Positions 61,001-64,000 of a stretch of 64,000 nucleotides of DNA are shown in pieces (the stretch's first letter is position 1; each line of letters starts with the position of its first letter). The notes beneath the pieces were generated by a model that worked only from the letters and a program-made list of their open reading frames with translations, did no database searches and was not told the origin of the DNA. Position numbers and translations under genes: made by a program. Source of the stretch: Dipteris shenzhenensis. Taxonomy: Eukaryota. The DNA lies in NCBI GenBank assembly GCA_047967505.1, contig CM106538.1. One strand, written 5' to 3'.

Positions 61001-63393
61001 CCAAGAGCTTCAGCCTTATCTCGTAAAAAATACACCCACATGTATCTACTGTAGTCGTCGACGATAAGCATGTAGTAGTTACATCCCCCCAAAGCTTGAG
61101 TCGGAGCTTTCCCACTGAGATCAGCATGAACCAATTGTAGAGGAGCCTTTGCCCGATAGCCGCTCTCATGTGGAAAAGCCTTCCTTTGTTGCTTGCCCAT
61201 CATACAAGCTTCACAAGGTTCCTGCACCTTTGAGAGTGCAGGCAAGTGTGCAACCATCCCTGTTTTCTGCATTTCCAAAAGAATAAGATAACTAAGATGA
61301 CCAAATCTTTCATGCCATACCTTACTGATGCCCACTCCTGAAGAGACTGTTAGTGCCGTCAGCTCGTACAGATTGTTCTTCCTTACTGCCTTGCCGACCA
61401 CCTTGCCCGCTGCATTAAGGATTTCTGCTCCGGTCCTCTTGAAACGCACCTCCAAGTTGCGATCAGTTATCGCAGCAACCGAAAGCAAGTTCTTCTTTAG
61501 CTGAGGAACTAGTAATACATCAGAAAGCTCTTTAGTTTCACCCTCTTGAATGGAAAGAGAGATAGTACCTGTACCTTCCACAGGGCATTTTGCATTATTA
61601 CCGACCGTCACGTTCATGGGCTCTTGTAGAGGCTTGAAAGAGCTATACCAGTCCTTCTTTCTGGTCATGTGACGGGACGCTCCACTATCAAGGAGCCACG
61701 AATCATTCGTTGTTGAAACTTCTGTTGAGGAGCATATTTCTTCAATTGCAACCCATAGCTCCAACTCAGTTTCAACTGTGTTGGCAGATTCCTTGCCTTT
61801 CGAAGAAGACTGTGTAGTGCCATTCTTTTCGTCCTGCTGCTTCTTTCTGCAATCCTTGATCATGTGACCGCTTTTGTTGCAGTAGTGGCACTTACCTGAA
61901 AACTTCTTCTTCTTACCATTCTTCTTCTCTCCACCCTTCCCTTTCGATGTGGTTGAGAATGCTGCATCACTTCCGCCATCGCGGGTCTTCATTCGCATCT
62001 CCTCCTCTAGAAGCATCGCGCTGAACTCTTCAAAAGTGAGGGGTGGATTTCTTACCTGCGTGTTGAGTGTCGTGACCAACGCATCGTACTTTTGTGGAAG
62101 GATCCGAATGCACCTTCTGGCCAACTCTTCGCTGGTCTTTGTAATCCCAACCGCCGCCATCTGATCACGTAGATTCTTGATCCGTGTGATGAATGTCTCA
62201 GCTGATTCTCCATCAGAGTACCTCTCTGCAGCAAGCATATTCTCCAGATTTTGAATTCTGGTCTGATTCCGCGTTTCATACTGACCTTTCAGTATGTTCC
62301 AAGCCTCACTTGCCTTGTCTGTGTGCTGAATCAGAGTCAAAACAGAATCACTTGAACTGGTAACAAGAGCGCAGAGTGCATCTGCGTTCCTTCGTTTCCA
62401 TGCGCGAAGAAGATCTGCATTCGGTGGCGTTATGACGTTGGGGTTGTTTGGATTCGGTGATCCAACCGGTTCTGGATCCAATCCCAGAACAGTATCCAGA
62501 AGCTCATATGAATCCAAGATCGCGCTGATCTTGAATTTCCACAAAGTATAATTCGTCCCATCGAGCTTGCCTTCATTGAAGGCAGGTGGACGAATTCGCA
62601 ACGGGGTTGGTGCAGCCATCACTCCTAGTAGCCTTTGCTAACAAAGCTCGTTGAACTTGCAATAAAGTCGTTACTCAGATAGCCTGAGCTCTGATACCAT
62701 GTAAGAAAATAGTACGCAGCGGAAGATAACAACAAAACGCAAGTACACGATGGAAAGCTGGAGAGAATACAAAAATTCTGATATACCAAACTGCTGATAC
62801 AACTGATGGTTGGCTGTCCACCCGTGCGCTCTACAGACAGAGCTTCGATGGTGATCTAGACAGATGCTGGACGGAGGACTATGAGCGTGAAGAACTGGTG
62901 ATCTGATGATAGGGGGTGGCCACTTATATAGTGTAAGTGGTTGACGGTCGGCCCTGTAATAGGCAGTCGGCCTAATAGACAGTCGGCCTGGAAGACCAAC
63001 CGACCCTTCAGAAAACATGCCGTCGGGCAGATGAAGGATCGCGCATAGGTCATACCGTCGGGCCTGGGGCTACCGGCAGCCCCCGGACCCTGCCGCTGGG
63101 GGCTTTGCCCCCAGACCCCCACCGGGGGCCTGCGCCCCCCGGACCCCCTGCTATCGGGGGGGCTATCGCCCCCCCGAACCCCCCCTTTGTGCAGACGGGT
63201 ATCTACTCTTGGCTCCTAAGCCGTCTCATAACCATCTGGTCTACTCTAAGACCCCTTCCAGTGTCTAAACTGGGGATCCCTCCCAATATCTGATACCCAT
63301 CATGGCTTCTCCTCATATGGGGGCCTTACAACATTGGGTACACAGAATATTGGTGGGTTACATGAGAGGTGGACATTTGAGCTAACTCTAACA
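58091..63393 (-). mobile_element. Ty1/copia LTR retrotransposon C, very recent, related to element A
   Basis: LTRs 62700-63393 and 58091-58783 differ by about 2 substitutions and 1 indel by eye; PBS tggtatcagagc at 62699-62688; PPT 58784-58793; perfect TSD agagg. Confidence 0.98.
58813..62622 (-). CDS. Copia C gag-pol, 1269 aa, open but with an in-frame integrase deletion
   Basis: Single ORF with [31 protein letters not shown] and ADIFTKAL. The integrase reads [10 protein letters not shown], lacking RGGEF...NGVAER...TAVY. Confidence 0.95.
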   Translation of the reverse strand: MMAAPTPLRIRPPAFNEGKLDGTNYTLWKFKISAILDSYELLDTVLGLDPEPVGSPNPNNPNVITPPNADLLRAWKRRNADALCALVTSSSDSVLTLIQHTDKASEAWNILKGQYETRNQTRIQNLENMLAAERYSDGESAETFITRIKNLRDQMAAVGITKTSEELARRCIRILPQKYDALVTTLNTQVRNPPLTFEEFSAMLLEEEMRMKTRDGGSDAAFSTTSKGKGGEKKNGKKKKFSGKCHYCNKSGHMIKDCRKKQQDEKNGTTQSSSKGKESANTVETELELWVAIEEICSSTEVSTTNDSWLLDSGASRHMTRKKDWYSSFKPLQEPMNVTVGNNAKCPVEGTGTISLSIQEGETKELSDVLLVPQLKKNLLSVAAITDRNLEVRFKRTGAEILNAAGKVVGKAVRKNNLYELTALTVSSGVGISKVWHERFGHLSYLILLEMQKTGMVAHLPALSKVQEPCEACMMGKQQRKAFPHESGYRAKAPLQLVHADLSGKAPTQALGGCNYYMLIVDDYSRYMWVYFLRDKAEALGKFKQWQKMVENESGLKVKKLRTDIVNRSFTKALTGKTPLEAYSGKKPSASHFRTFGCECFVHVPDSTRKKLDPKSRKCIFMGYSQESKAYRLYDPEAKKIVVSRDVVFWEQPHTVEEEVCPSTLSSAVKVTHLVPVSKAELQNEEEYFEEQTPPTPQHALAPQGKPLPKWARQLFDEKNPVPDLAESSADGLRRSKRIEEQKRASEHIVNMALMAEIMKVQEPMNLDEAMADPNWKAAMQEEYDSIMKNQTWDLVDRPEKRKIIGTKWVWKAKYKSDGSLEKYKARLVAQGYSQVEGFDFEDSFAPTARMTTIRVVLALAAHKQWPVFQMDVKSAFLNGHLKEEVYVFQPPGFEVPNSENKVCRLKKALYGLKQAPRAWYQRIDSFLISIGFSKSASDANLYVCKQDGKYVVIVLYVDDLIITGDHEKMLQKLRESLSSEFEMTDLGLMHFCLGIEVWQKPGRIFISQQRYAREILKAFGMTECKDVVSPMEVNGKLSVEDASPLVDIKEYRKLVGSLIFLCNTRPDISFAVGVLSRFSNQPRENHWKAGMRVLKYVKGTLEYGITYRAGKTLAGYCDSDWAGDCDSRKSVSGYCFSLGSGVFSWISKKQPTVALSSTEAEYKAACIAACEAVWLRRILQDIGVPIEDATVLKCDNQSCMAIAKNPVFHARTKHIEIQYHYVRELIEDGVIELEYCPTEDNCADIFTKALGSDLLLRHLHRLGIGPIT

Positions 63394-64000
63394 AGAGGAG
63401 GCAAAAGAAAGGGCCTTTTAGGCATAAGAGCAAGCTAAGGCTACTGCAAAAATGGTCAACATGGAAAGGCATAGAAGAGAAGAAGTAGAGAAGCACATCA
63501 AGGAGCTCCGAGATAGGCTTGAAGAAGTTAGAAGTGATGGGGACATCACGGACAAGGAGCTAGCAATAATGCAAAAAGAGCTTGAAGATCAGAGAGCTGA
63601 AAAGGAGGCTCTTTACAAATGGCTGTGCAACATGCAGAACCCATTGATCATTGAAAAAGACCAAAAGATGGAGGAATTGAAAAAGGAGAATGCAAAAACT
63701 AGAGCAATGATGCAGGAGCTACGAGAGAGCTTCAAGGCCAAGAAGGATGGGGCAAAGAGCAACCAGGGTGGAGAAGACAATGAGGCAGCTCTCCAGACCA
63801 AGAAGGATGAAGAGAGTAGCCACAAGTGGAGCAAGTTCCAGCAGCCACAGTGGGGGTTGTTATTTCAAAAAACATTGTTGGAAGCTCAAAGAGTAGGCTA
63901 CATGGTAAGGTCATGCACGAGCTTGCAATGGCTTTCAAAAGTTTTGAAAAGCAGTCCGTCATTGTGAGAGATTTCCAAACTAGAGTGGAAGTATTGGAAA

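Larger units (their letters stand above)
57455..63967 (+). pseudogene. Degenerate coiled-coil ORF interrupted by copia C (pieces 57455-58090 and 63399-63967)
   Basis: MDPPRHTKLQKIFEQ.. with stops; EKILREGAEAKIE joins EAKERAF across the TSD; E/K-rich 171-aa ORF at 63452-63967. Confidence 0.5.

Overview
Eukaryotic nuclear DNA, most likely from a non-seed land plant (inferred from spliceosomal introns, plant copia/gypsy/CACTA elements and a psbF plastid fragment with codons that look pre-edited). It is almost entirely nested transposable elements. The one clearly intact host-type gene is a 4-exon D-amino-acid oxidase (6687-8463, minus strand, 385 aa). The most notable feature is a repeated unit present twice (about 1150-5393, and 18907-47850 split by insertions). 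It links an intron-containing RAG1/Transib-like DDE transposase to an intronless, highly divergent histone H3/CENH3-like gene with its own TATA box, followed by a third, convergent unknown ORF; both copies are now pseudogenised. The histone gene of copy 2 is interrupted by a copia element (itself containing a second copia) and by a gypsy element whose two LTR copies are inverted relative to each other. Also present: a Sola2-like transposase remnant, CACTA remnants, a MITE, a psbF-bearing insertion inside a copia LTR, and a very young copia with an in-frame integrase deletion. All family assignments come from motif recognition by eye; no database searches were run.
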